In this document: in pieces, positions 12,637-25,550 of the stretch
How the letters are laid out: every line of letters starts with the position of its first letter
Position numbering within the stretch: the stretch's first letter is position 1
NCBI GenBank assembly: GCA_040357565.1
Contig: JBDODJ010000002.1
Reading direction: 5' to 3' (one strand)
Origin: Cercozoa sp. M6MM
Taxonomy: Eukaryota > Protista > Endomyxa: Ascetosporea
Length of the DNA stretch: 64,000 bases
The notes under the pieces: generated by a model
Database searches by the model: none
Seen by the model: the letters and a program-made list of their open reading frames with translations, nothing else
What the model was told of the DNA's origin: nothing
Program-made: the position numbers and the translations under genes

Positions 12637-15520
12637 ATGTCAGATCCAATCGACCCAGGCGAGGAGAAGCACGCTCTGGTGCATTCTGTCCGGTTTCATT
12701 TGTGTTTTGATTTATTGGTGCTCCATGTGTGCAGGTTGGCTTGAATGTCTTCCTTTTTGTCGTTTTCGTTGTCGTTTGTCTCGTGATCGGTGCGTCGGTC
12801 TTGGCTGAATCCAACGCATCCAAATCAATGGCGATTGCGATATGTTGGGCAGGTTATGTGCTGCGGGTGCGGCGCCTGATGTGGCTGCCCGAGAGTGGCG
12901 CGCACATGCTCTTCGGTCTGGTCATTGGTATTGTTTTAATCCTTGTCCATACGTTCCATTCATATGTTCGCTGGTGTCATCATGCTTGCTCAGGCGGTTT
13001 CTTGACACTGCTCGGTCCTGATGAGGTACCTCAGTCACTGTCACCTTCTTACTGTGTAGCCGCAGTTTTCTACACTTCCTTTAGGTCGAGTACATCACGT
13101 TCGACCCAGAATTGTTCTTTTTCGTGCTGCTGCCGCCAATTATTTTTGAGGCCGGCTTCACGCTCAAGCAGAGAGAGTTCTTTGGCAATATTGGCGCCAT
13201 TCTTTCCTTTGCTGTCTTGGGTACTGTGTTCGTTAATCTCCTTTACCTCTTTACTACTGCTGCCCTTTCGTTACACACAGGCACGTTGGTGTCGACACTG
13301 GTGATTGGATTGTGCATCTACGTGCTGGCACTGGCGTAGCGCTCCTGAACTCAACTCTGTTCTTACATACCGCTTTTCCCCCCCCCCCCCCGCAGCCATG
13401 TTGTGCCACTGGACCGCGAGTCTCCACTGGAATCGCTGTTGTTTGGCGCCTTGGTACGTTCTTGCAGAAGGACGTGCCTTAGCACACTTAGACGATAAGC
13501 ATGTACTCTGTGAACGAAGATCTCGGCCGTGGACCCGGTGGCTACACTGGCGATTCTCGGCAACGAACACGTCAACGCCGATCGCACACTCCGAGCACTT
13601 GTGTTTGGGTAGTTTTCTTTCTGTTGCATTGTTTGCTGTTTGTGTTTTGTAATTGATCGTTTTTGGTTTCATCCAATGTGTGCTCAGTGAGAGCGTGTTG
13701 AACGACGCGGTGTCGATCGTGCTATTCAACTCGCTCAAGAAGTTTGGTGAGCAGCGCGAACGCGCTAAAGGCGACGATGACTACGGTTTGTAGATTTTGT
13801 ATTTTCTCGGATACTCGCGTGGATGTGTTGTTTGTGTATGGCGATAGAGGCCGTGTCGATGGGCAACGCCGTGAGTATTATTTTCTGGGACTTTTGGGGC
13901 GTCTCACTCGGCTCACTTTTGGTATCATTTCTATTAGATGGACCACCATGCAAGTTGGACCGTGTGCTTTCGTGACACATACAACAGGTCGGTGTGGGTC
14001 TCGCCTTGTGCTGCTCGTTTTTGCTGCGACGCGCGAACCTGCACCATGATCCTGCGTAGCGGCCTTCCCTTTGAGCTCTTTCTACCTTCCCCTTCCCCTT
14101 CCCTCAATATTACCCCTTGGTATAGCTACGAGTTCGCCGTGTTTATCCTTTGTGTATTCGGCACCTACTCGCTGGCAGAGACCCTCGAGTTTAGCGGCGT
14201 CATTTCTGTACCTGATTCCCTTTCCCTCTTCCCAACCTTCTATGTTTGTTTCCTACGCGTGTGCAGTTGTTCTGCTGTGGCATTGTCATGTCGCACTATG
14301 CAGTATGTTTCGTTACCTTCTGTTGCCCTCTTGCCGCCCCCTCTACTCTCTTTTCCTTTCCTGCAGTTGCACTCAATGTCGCGAATCGCTCGAAATGCAA
14401 CCAAGTGTGTTATTTTGTGTTTTGTTTGTGCTTGGGCATTTTCTTCTATTGTGAAAACAGACACATTTTCAAGACGTTTGCGATGCTCGCGGAAACCTTT
14501 GTTTTCGTGTATCTCGGCATCACTGCGGGTAGACCTGTTCCTCCCTCTGTTTCTTCTCCTTCTCTGTCCTTTCAATCCTTTTACCCCACAGGCATCTCGT
14601 TCGCGCCGTCTCAGCATATGGTGTGGAGCGTCATGTTCATCCTGTTCACGATCCGTACTACTCCTGCTCCTTGCCCTTTCGTCTTTTTATCTCTAAATTT
14701 GGTACTGTGTGTAGTGCTGTGTTTCGCATCGCGCGCGTGCCACATCTTCCCGTTTTCGATGCTGCTTAATCTGCGTCGTCGCAAGCGCATCACGCGGCCC
14801 ATGCAAGTGGCTTTACTCCTACCCCTGCCCCGTGTCGCCCTTGACCCCTCCGTGCGTAGGTCGCCATGTGGTTCAGCGGTCTGCGCGGCGCCGTTGCTTT
14901 TGCGTTGGCGCTCAACGTGCCGGCCTTCATGGTCGGTCGTGGCGCCATTGTGGTCAGTTTCTTTCGGGATCCGCGCGGGTGTGAAATATGGTTATGCTTG
15001 TAGACAACGACGCTGAGTGTGGTGTTCTTCACAACGCTCGTGCTGGGCGGTCTCACGGAGCGCATGCTGGAGAAACTGCAGTTGAAGAACACACCAGTTT
15101 CACTCGACGGCAACGCTGACAGCGACGACAGCGACGTCTTCTTCGACTCGTCGAATCGTTTTGTGCAGTGGTGGCTGCGACTGGACCGGTACGACACCTC
15201 TACCCGCCTTTACTTCTTCTACCCTACCCCTTCTTCCTACCCCTTCTCCCTTCCATCGCAGTGACGTGCTGAGACCGATGTTTGGCGGCGGTGACAACTC
15301 ACGCAACGACGACGACGACGACATCGATGAGGACGACGGGAACGACACGGCGCTGCCTGTGTCACACCGATCGTCGCCCGTATCGGCGCGTTTCTCCATC
15401 AACACTGACGATAGTGACAGCGAGGTTGCACTCGTCGATCGACGCTCGAGTCCCCGCAATATCCATGACGACCACACCGAGATCGACATGAGCGAGATCT
15501 CAATTCCGCCGGCACCGTAA
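12637..15520 (+). CDS. Na+/H+ exchanger, CPA1 family (NHE8/NHX-like)
   Basis: [90 protein letters not shown]; acidic tail. Confidence 0.92.
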
Positions 15521-16009
15521 AATGAACGCCGAGACGAAGTCGTTTCCGTTCACTCGACTTGCGCGCTTGCGTTGCGGGCTTCCTTTTGGAAGCTTGAGCT
15601 CATGCCACGACTGAACTATCCTTCGTTCGTTTATCCATCTAACCGGACACGACGTTGTTACTGACGGTTGTCAGTGAAAAGAACTAAATAAAAGAAGTAA
15701 GTCGTCAATTAGACGAAGCGAGGGAATCAATTGATTCAATTTGTAGAAGCGAAGTGGAGAATTTCCCCAACTGGGTTCTTACGTCAAACTATGCGATCTA
15801 AGACCGCCACACTACTTGGCACGTTAGTGGGAGTGCTAACTAACCAAGCGATCACCCTAAAAGCGAGGAGTAATCTGCGTAAAACCTAGGCCTGTCGCTG
15901 AGGGTAATTTACGCAGATTACGTTTTCCGCTTTCTCGAGGATATACGATCCTGGAGAGCTGCTCGAGCAGCCAAATATTATAAACTGAACTACAGCAGTA
16001 CGCATTCGG

Positions 16010-18176
16010 CTACCGTATTGGACAGTCAAATCCCAAGCGCAGATTCACTACAAAGCAGCCATGTGCTCTTGCGTCGCTTGCGGCATCAATGCGGCCAGCA
16101 CGACACGTGCCGCATCCGCCTGGGCCTGTGCATAGCATTTGAAGATACGATTCTGGCCAGCGCATAAAAAGTTCCACCTCGGACAGCTGCGGTAGAAGTT
16201 GCAGCACGTGTTGCGCGATCACGTTCGTCCACTATCAGAAGAAGGAGAAGGAATAAAGGAGGGAATCAGACGAAGAAAAGTACGAAGGCGAACTACGCTG
16301 ACTGAGGTGAGATCGAGCTCGGAAAACACTCGATCCAAGCCGAACAGAAAGGTCGAAACGTCCTCGTCCGTTACGCCTTGAAGCGTCGGCCTGAGAGGAT
16401 GACACGAGCATAGTTTGAAACTATAGCAACAGGGGCAAAGGGAAAAGTACTGCGGCCAGTGCGGCGAACGGTCCTTGTCAACCAGCAGTGCGCGAACACC
16501 CTCGGCGAACATGCCGTTCTTTTGGGAGTGGATATCAGGTAAGAGGTTTAAAGAGATAACAAAGACATTGTTGTGTACCTTGTCGACGACGAAACAGAAG
16601 GCCAAGTAACGCTCCAGGGCGTACGCGTCTTCAATCGACGGCGCTTGGGCACCAGTCTAAAGGATAATGGGATACAAGAACAAGGGGAAGGAAGAGGGTA
16701 AAAGGCGCACCTGCAGCTGCCAGTGCACGAGTCGCAGCGCCAACGGCGACATTTTCGACAGCGTCTTCAGTTGCTTCTGTGCCCTATTTGGTTCATTCAT
16801 AAGGCGCGTACCTTCAGAAAAAAGAGAAACACAGGGGGTACCATTCCTTGTGCTCAGTTTCCAAAAGTTCCTCCAGTTCCACCACAATCTCACTGTGCAC
16901 GGGGGGGGGGGGTAAAGGAGGTAAAGCGAGTTAGGGGACAAAGATACGCCACAGACGCCTTGCCGAATGCACGGTGGATCAGTGGAAGGTGCGCGGCGAA
17001 ACTCGGCGGCGGCAACTCCTCTCGAGGCACCGTCAGTCCGCCTGTGGGGCAAAGGGTACAGAAGGCAACGAGGGGGGTATAACTTAGGCTACACTCAGGC
17101 ACGGCATCGGAGGAGCTGTCTTCGCATAGCATGCGATGCAGCTCGGTCAGTGCCTCGTCCGAAGCGACGAAGTGCGTCGCAATTCCCGCGTGCACCAGGT
17201 CGGCGCCCTTCAGTCGCGCACCTGGAGGGATAACGAAAATCACAGAAAGGGCAACAGGAGTAATGGGGATCGCATCACCAGTGAGAGCGAGGTAGGTGCC
17301 CAGCGCAGCGTCGTCACCGTCGATGCCTGCGGCAGAGGCAAAAAAATATGCAAGGGTAAAGTGCAGCAGTGTAAGGTCACACCAGCACGTGGCAGGTGCC
17401 AGGTGCCGCCGACGTCGCAGAAGAAACCAATTGCCTGTTCGTTTTGAACAGTGGCTAAACGAAAGGTCCAAAAATGTAAAGTTTAAGTGTACCGTTTCAG
17501 GCATGGCGTACAGCGACGACGGCGAGGCCACGCGCGTGTCGCCGTTCAACGAAACTCCAACGCCTGTTTACGAGTGCAGAGGGTATGTAAGAGGCAAGAC
17601 AGACACAGAGAGGGGTAAAGTACCGCCGCCCATGACGATGCCGTTCAGAACGGAAACAAACGGGACCGAGCAGCGCGCGATTTCAAGGTTCATGTCGTAC
17701 TCCTGGAAGGGGTCAAACAGTAAGATGGGGCGAGTGCAATTGTGAGTAAAGAAGTAAAAGCACGAATTACCTCATTGAAGAACGAAGCAGCATGCGCGTA
17801 CTGACTGCGGGGGAGGAGGGATAGAGGGCGAGAGGAATGGTAACAGTGACATGTACCCCTGCACGATGTCGTTGCGGATGGAAACAACGTCACCGCCTAC
17901 ACGTTCCTTAATTCAGACAACACTGCGTAAACTAAAGGTGCACTCACCGGCGCAGAAGGCCTTGTCGCCCTCACCGCGAACAACGACGCGATTAATGCCG
18001 CTGTGGCAACGTTTACGTCAAGCACCACCCACTTCCTTAATTTTACGTCAAAAATACCTCTGAGGCGTGACTTGGGCCAGCGCTTGCGACAGGAGACGCA
18101 CCATGTCGGCATCGATCGCGTTGAGTGCCTTCGGCTTTCGAAGCACCAGTTGCAGCGGACCTGCCGCACTCTTCAT
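16010..18176 (-). CDS. HIBCH: 3-hydroxyisobutyryl-CoA hydrolase-like (crotonase family)
   Basis: LRKPKALNA, KAFCAGGDV, NGIVMGGG, YAMPET, GTYLALTGARLKGADLVHAGIATHFV, MSPLAL, FAEGVRALLVDKDRSPHW. The last exon (to 16010) is provisional. Confidence 0.88.
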
Positions 18177-18456
18177 GACGCCAATCTTGCTTAACGAAGT
18201 CATCCTTTCTGTAAGTACACACCACTAAGCACACTCAATCGAAGTGCAACCACAGGCGTCGCTTTTGCTATTTCAGTTAAGGAAGCGTCCAAAGCGCGCC
18301 TGTGTTGGCCTTTTAGTCCTGTACAGGAGCAGTTAGAGCTGCCGGCACTCTTCTTGCGCCCAAGGTGTATAGTGCGGTCTATTAAGCTGCCCCAGATCGG
18401 TGATCTGGAGGTGCGCACCAGGAATCGACTGCCCGGCCTTGTTGTTTTCTAAGACC

Positions 18457-20885
18457 ATGGCACGCGACAGTGGGTTGTTTTTTAGTTGGCTTCCCTCGAG
18501 CTCCTTTCCTCACTCGTTTTGTTTGAACAGCTGATGAGACGAAACCGCTGTTCGCCGCGTACAGCAAGAGCAAAGCTACAACGCAAGTTTCGACGAGTGG
18601 CGAAACGAAACCGCTCGAGTTCTTTGAAGCAGCCAAAATTGCGTTCAACGAACCGCATTCACAAGCTGGATTTCTTGTCGTCTTTCTCGCTTTGCTGAAG
18701 TTTCTCTACGAAGCTTTCGCGATTTCGCAACCTTTCAACACGCCGCACGGCGAGTCCTCCGGTCTTGATGGTGTCAGGTGCAAGCGTCCATTGTTTTGGC
18801 TTTTTCGAGTTCAGTTTTATCAATCAAAAAGCGTGTTTGTAGTGACGAAGGCGCGTGGATTCCCGGTCGAAAGATCGATCTGGCGGATTCGCAATGGCGA
18901 CATTTTCGCAACTCGATTCCACTTCTAGTGCTCGGCGTGCTCGTTTTCACCGTGCTGTCGCGCGCTTGCCGAGTTCTCGATGCACGTTCGTACTGTCCTC
19001 TTGATTTGAGAACCTTAAGCGAATAGCTTTTTTGTTTGACACCATGGCATGTTTTGACATTGTCAACATGAGTAACTTTTGCTTTGTGTACGAAGGAAAC
19101 GAATGGCCGGCGAGTTGCCAAAGTGGCGCATGCGTTTCTACCTGCTGGTGTCGGCCGGAATGTGCAGCTACGTGTTCGGAGCGCCGGTGATGTTTATGCT
19201 GACCATCGCGTGTGTCACTTTTGCGATCGGTGAGTGGTCCGCACGGGCGGAATCGACGCGATCGCCGCTGTTGACGTGGACGTTTGTGTCGGTGGTGATG
19301 TTTTGCAACGAGCGCTACAATGGCTACAGTTTTGGGTCACTGCTGGGCCAGTCGTTTGCGTGGTTGGACGAATATCGCGGTGAGATTCCGTGGCACTGGC
19401 TCTTCAATCTTGTGGTGTTGCGGATGATCTCGTTCAACGTGGATCGACACTGGGTGCTGACACATCGCGAGGAAACCGATTCTTCGGGACGCTTGGTCAC
19501 CTTTGCTCGGCACTGCGAGAAGTGTAAACACTGGTGTGTTTGCCTTACTATCCCTCGTCGCTTCTACTCTCTGTCTTTACTCTCGGTCTTTGTCGCTGAC
19601 AGTGCAAATCTCGGCGACGAAACCGGCGCGTGTTTGAATTGGCGCACGCGCGCCAAACAGGACGCGTCGATGTTCACGCTGCCGAACTTTCTGGCCTACT
19701 GCTTCTACGCGCCGCTGCTGTTGACCGGTCCGACCGTGTCCTTCTCAGCGTGGATCTCGCAGGTTAAGGTACGACTGGAAATACAGTTTATAGATTTGTC
19801 AGTGTACGCGGACTGTACAAATTTATTGAACAGACTCCGCAACGGACAATGCCGAAACGCGCGATTTTCGCCTACTGCGTGCGCGTGGCAACGTTGTTGT
19901 TGGCAATCGAAGTGTTCACGCACTTTCTCTACATGTCGGCCATCTCGCATCGCGCGCAGCACGACCCGGCGCTGTACTACCCCCCCCCCCCCTCCCCGTT
20001 ACCCGCTGTGTTGCCTTACTTCCGCCCTGCTTAGTCTGCAGAAGGTGGCAGGCGACTTCATCCGATTGCAAAGCGCGGGCTTCTTGGAACTCGCCTATCT
20101 GTGGCTGAAGTTCACCGTGATTTGGCGTTTTTCGCGCGCCTGGGCGCTGCTGGACGGCATCGAGGCTCCCGAGAACATGCTGCGTTGCTTTGCAGATCAC
20201 TTGCGCGTGAGTGGATTCTGGCGCACGTGGCACACGAGTTTCAATCTTTGGCTCGTGCGCTACGTGTATGTTCCATTGGGTGGCAGTGGCAAGTACCTTA
20301 GATTCATACCTCATTCCTCTGTGCCTTGTTCCTGTACTCTCTCATTTGACCGTTTTTAGAGGCATCAAGTGGTGGCGCCGTGTTGTTAATGTTTTCGTCG
20401 TCTTTGTGTTCGTGGCCATGTGGCACGATATGACAATGCAGCTGTACATTTTCGTGTTTGTCTGGTCTGTTCATATGGATGTGGGACACTGTGTGTGCAG
20501 ACTCACCTGGGGTCTCATGATGGCCGTCGCCATTGCTCCCGAGGTCTTGTTGGTCAATGCAGTCTACGGCAAGAAAGGCGCGCTGTCCAAGTGGAGAAAC
20601 GCCTGGTTCATCGATCATCTGCGTGCAGTTGGCGCGTACGTTTTCCATTGTCTACCCCCCCCCCCGTACTCGTATCTATTGTATAGATGGTTTAACACGA
20701 ACATGCTCTCGATGGCCAATCTCATCGGCTACGGCTATGGACTCAAGGGTCTTCAGGTTTCTCTCCAGAATCTCAACGTGTGGCACGTACTCATGTGGAA
20801 CATCTACCTCCTGGGCAATGCGTACGTCTGCATCGGCGTCCGACGTATGGAGAAACTCATGGGGCGCAAGATGCCGGACCATTAG
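18457..20885 (+). CDS. MBOAT acyltransferase, GUP1/HHAT(L)-like
   Basis: GRKIDLADSQWRHFR, WHWLFNLVVLRMISFNVD, YAPLLLTGP, WLKFTVIWRFSRAWALLDGIEAPENMLRC, FWRTWHTSFNLWLVRYVYVPLGG, FVAMWHD, ANLIGYG. Confidence 0.9.
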
Positions 20886-21187
20886 CTTAGTCCCAATTAA
20901 ACCTATATACAGATGGACTCGTGACTTTTGTGCCTTCTAAAAAAAACAAAGGCCGTTTTAAGTGTCGGGCACTTTGCAGGGACTAAGGTGACAGCAGTCA
21001 GGCTGCCAGAGTGAGTAGCCGTGATTTAAAGTGCTACGCTAGCGAACGCGACGTCAGATAAAGTAATGGTTTAATAGATAAAGATAAATACTAGGAACTC
21101 GCAATCAGGTCGATTCGATCCAATTTGCGCACGCACTGCGGTTGAAGACAACCGTGAACGCAAGCGAAGACGAGGACGAGGATCCAA

Positions 21188-21957
21188 TCAAACAACATTG
21201 TCGACGCGTGTGCCGGATGGAATGGTGCCATCCCACTGCAGCGACGTCAGCGAAGGCAGCCAACTGCCGTTGCGCCGAGACAGCAGCATTGTGGCGTGGC
21301 CCCTGCAGGAGAAACACACATGCAGGAAGGAAAATGCGTCCGGATGTTCATAAACGATAAATACCATCCAAGCGAGAGAGAGAGCGCGCCCATGCTACGC
21401 GAGTCGCGGCTCACGGCAGCGTTGTCGCCTTCCACCCAAACGTGGTGTTTCGGCACATGCTGCGGCAGTATCTCGTCTGCTCACAATGAATGATTCAAAA
21501 ACCAAACTGAGTGAGCGAATCGTACCCTTGGGGTGCACTCGAGCACCGGGTGTTCCCACAACGCGCTTCACGAGTGCATCGCGGCCAAACGGGTCCAGCA
21601 TCACTAGAACTGAACCAAGTCGAATGTCTGGCTCCTACCGGCGGAAGGAACATACACACAAAAAACGAGAAACAACAAAAGCAAACGCAGAGTTACAGCG
21701 AACTCGTTCCACTTTTTCACAACGAGAACGTCGCCGTGTCGCAATTGCGGCTCCATTGACGCACCGTCCACAAAGAACAATTGGTACTGCACAGGCAGAG
21801 CAGCTCACATGGCACCTGAATGGGGGAGGAGACAGTCTACCTTGGACAGGAATCGCTTGTACAGCAGTCCACCAGCGCCGAACGTGAGGAGAAATGCGCT
21901 GCCGCGAGTGACAAACCGCACAGGCAAATCGCTTGCCTCGGCTAACGCGTGCGTCAT
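21188..21957 (-). CDS. Mitochondrial inner membrane peptidase (IMP1/IMP2, peptidase S26)
   Basis: VDGASMEPQL (catalytic Ser), LVKRVVG (catalytic Lys), VPKHHVWVEGDN..SRDSRSMG. Confidence 0.85.
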
Positions 21958-22251
21958 GTGCGCGAACGGACGTCGAAGCATTGAAGACACTATTTCTTTG
22001 AACTTTCAACAACTTGCTCTCGCGGAAGGGTTTTTCGTGCCAATAATCAGATTTTGATCGAGAGACTCGTCCGGCCGCGTTATTACCTTCGCTGACCACT
22101 AATAACCGCGGGTCAGCACGCTACACTAAGTGATAGAACACACTTGTGGGACCTTTGCACTTGGAGTGCCGATCCCTAGACATAAAAATAAACATTTGTG
22201 AATGCGCGCGTTTTCAACATTGCCTAGGTCTCGTACGCGCTAAATTGGGCG

Positions 22252-23686
22252 ATGATTGTTTTTGTGTCGCCACCCAAATGGCGTTTGCCGTGTAGTGATG
22301 CAGATTCTTTGGGCGCATTGGTATATGCAGGACCTGGCAATTTTGCGATGAGCGTTTTATCTCGTGTTTGGCTTCACAGATGGTGCTGAAAGCAGCAAAT
22401 GCGCAGTTTGAGATTCGGCATGTCGCCAGGTATCGGTTTTCTGTGTCACTGAGACTGTTTGTTGTAGCCCGTCAATTAAATAGCGAGAACGCGAAACCTT
22501 TCGGCGAAGCTCTTCCGTCGGTCGTGGTGAATGGCACCCGTTTCTGTACACTGCGTGGCGTGTTGCGTTTTTTAAAAACGACAGTCTCTTTCAAAGGTAC
22601 TGTATTGCTGATCGTGGTACTGTACTGTTATCACAATATACTTGATTAATTTGGTCTGCAGAGGAGCCAGACGCGAGGGGTGTGCTCGAAGACCTCCGAA
22701 ACCTGCGTCGCGGCACCTGCGACATCGTTGATGTCTCGGATTCGAAATACGCACATGATTCCGAAGATGCAGTGAGCGACCTCGACAAGTATGTCGACTC
22801 ACTGCTGACTCGGGCCACTCAAGTGATCAAACGCTGTGGCAGGTATGTCATAAGTTACGGCCGCTTTCTATGGTCTATGTTTTGTTGGTTTAACTTACTT
22901 TTTGCTCTTATCCCTGCAGTGTCTGGCGGCATTTTATTCTGGCAGAAATCTTGTTTTTGGTGGCGCGACCTGTCGAATGCAAAGTCACATGTGTGTTCCT
23001 TGGTTGTTTTGTACAACAAATCCCCGACTGTAAATTGTGTTTAATGGCGGTGCTGTGTTTGCTGCGTAGCGAAACTATACCGATACCCGGACTTGAGAGA
23101 TGCGACAGAGGCCGAAATTTCTGTGGTCACTTTAGTTTTCTTTCGTTCTTGACCTTCCCCTACAAGTGTGTTCTTCTGCAGGCGCAGTGCATGGCCGACA
23201 GCACCCTGGTCGAGGGTACAGTGCTGCCCTTTCCCGAGAAGCAGCAACCGCAAGAGCTGCATCAAGACATACAACACTTGATGCACCCTGCTCCAAGGTA
23301 GATCGTGCAGTTCCGTGATTTCAGTGTCTTTCACTGCCTAGGTGTTGTTGATGCAGCACATCGCTATCAAGTGTCGCCGCCATGTGTCTGTTCGGTGTTG
23401 CTCTTCTCAGTGTCGTTGCTACTACCGTATCTTTTCTTTTTCTGGATCGTTCTTTTTTCTAAGACGTGTGTTCCTACAGGTCGCGAGCGACGCGCGAATG
23501 GTGCGACGTGCGCGTGACATTGCCTCGAAGATTGTTGTAATTTTTTCCCACTGTTCCGCCTGCTTCTTTCGATGTCGTTTGTGTTCAAACCTGCAGTCCC
23601 AAACCAAGCAGATGCAGGCAGATCAGCGTCGAATGCGACGCGGCCCTAGCACTAAAAGCGTCGTTCATGAACGCGCCGTTCTATAG
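22252..23686 (+). CDS. Metaxin-like protein (GST-N/Tom37-type N-terminus), divergent
   Basis: Spliced N-terminus MIVFVSPPKWRLPCSDADSLGALMVLKAANAQFEI...PFGEALPSVVVNG...GVLRFLK resembles the metaxin LPS.D..CL...LP.L pattern; consistent GT-AG exons run to TAG ending 23686. Confidence 0.5.
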
Positions 23687-24363
23687 GTTGGTCGCGATCG
23701 CCATTCTACTTCGACTTCGCTTGGTACGGGCAACTCGCGTTGCGTCGATGATATTGATCGCGAACGTATATGTGACCGACCGACAGTCTGCCATGGCGGG
23801 GCCAAATTACCACTTTTTGCCATAATTTGCCGCTTATTCTGAAACATTACACTTTTAACACGTTATTACAGCCAGTCAGAAGTATGGCGAGCATAAATGC
23901 ATTTAAGTGGTCAAATAGAAACCTACTATGTCAATACATGCCAGCGGGCGTGCCAAGGATCAAAGAAACGCCAGCTTGGGTCGTCTTTTCCAGCTGGGGT
24001 CGTCCCACTTTTCGACTCGATCGTAAACGTCGTTACTGCCACATATTTCTCAACCCAATTTACGAGCTTGGCTCACGCGACCAGAAGGCAAGTCAGCTCA
24101 TCTTTATACGAAATGAGTGGACATGGGTATGGTGTGTGCGTATGATCTTGTCGTGCAGGCCTCGCTTCTACGTGCGACTTCGTGTCATTAACTTTACGCC
24201 TGACGAGGTGCTTGGCCTTGCTTTTTCGCCAATATCACAGTATTCTTGGTGAGTGAGAGGTCATATAAATTTACAGCGCACATAAGTTACATGTAATTTA
24301 AAGATGTACGGGTGGGCATCTATAAAGATGTACAGTGCACTGAAGCAGAAGAGAGTATGCAAA

Positions 24364-25050
24364 TTAGTAGACCGAGAGTTGGCTCGGGCGGTAGACGTCG
24401 TACGAATACTGACTGTACTGCACTTGTGCTGGCTGAGCAGTGAGCTGGTACAGCGGCTGCGAGCTTGAGGGGCCCCAACCAGCGGCGCTGAGTCCGTTTC
24501 GGCCGTTGGAGTAAACGGCCACTGGAGACGCCGGCGTGTATTGATACTGGTATCGATAAGCCGACACAGGCACTGGCGTAGAATTGCTCCAGGCTGCACC
24601 TGGAGCCCCAGGGTATTGGTATTGCAGCAGCTCACCACACGAGTAGCCAACGCCTCCGTATTGACTCGCGCGAGCCGAGCAGGGAGGTACTGCCGACGTC
24701 ACCAAGGGTATCGGCATCTGCAGCGGAACCTAGCAGGCGAATGGAAATTTGCGTAACATTCGATCCGACGAACACTTGCATATCGATCCTACAGTAGCTG
24801 CCGGTTTGTTGCTGTAGTTTTCGCGGCTCACCTGCTCGGCTCCCTCGGGAATGAGGGTGGCCACGGTGTCGTACGGTTGTGAGTTCGTAGCTCCTGTCCA
24901 ACAATGCAGTCGCGGCAATATTAAATATACAGCGAGAGCTATACAGTAAAGTATTTTACCGACACCGACACGCTGGTCGATTCGCGGAGACTGAGAGCTT
25001 GAAGCTGCTGCAGTCGCTGCGACAACTGCAATTGCCATCAAAACTGTCAT
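24364..25050 (-). CDS. Hypothetical secreted Tyr/Gln/Pro/Ser-rich protein
   Basis: Signal-like MTVLMAIAVVAATAAAS. Two same-frame ORFs are joined by a 63-nt GT..TAG intron. C-terminus YRYQYQYTPASP...QVQYSQYSYDVY. Confidence 0.65.
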
Positions 25051-25550
25051 TTATTCAGTCTCTATTCTCGATATTGTCTCTTCTTGATGGTCACTACTAA
25101 TGAATCAAAGGTAGCAAGCAAACCGGGCGCCTGACGGCGGGATCATCAAAAGATGCGAAAGCTGCGTGCCACTTGACTATTTTTGCGTGGTTGCTGCGTG
25201 ACTAGGAACTTTCGCCGAGTCAGTCGAGGTTTCCCTTCGGCTCTCGGAGTCTCGGTTCAACGAAAGACTGTAGAAACCTGCAGCTTGTGTGTGTCAGTGT
25301 ACAGCTCTATACAAAACTGCCACGCCGCTGACCGGTTTCAGCGCAGTACATTTACGGCAGGCCTTATGCGTCAATTACTAGCGTAGTGGGGAGTTCAGAC
25401 CACTGAAAACCCAACAACCATGTACAGGATCCTACAGGCAGTTCCCCTGTAAGTCTTGGGGGTCACAAGAGTACGGTAAGCAACGAAAGTATCTGACGCG
25501 AAGTGAACGTGAAGCCAATGCTAGCGCTGCCCTGCTTGCGTTTCATCTAA

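Noticed and set aside
23827-24252. 141-aa plus-strand ORF
   Set aside because: No recognisable motif or exon structure; probably intergenic or antisense to a UTR.
24364-25050. Apparent TAG read-through between two in-frame ORFs
   Set aside because: The TAG is the acceptor of a 63-nt GT..AG intron.
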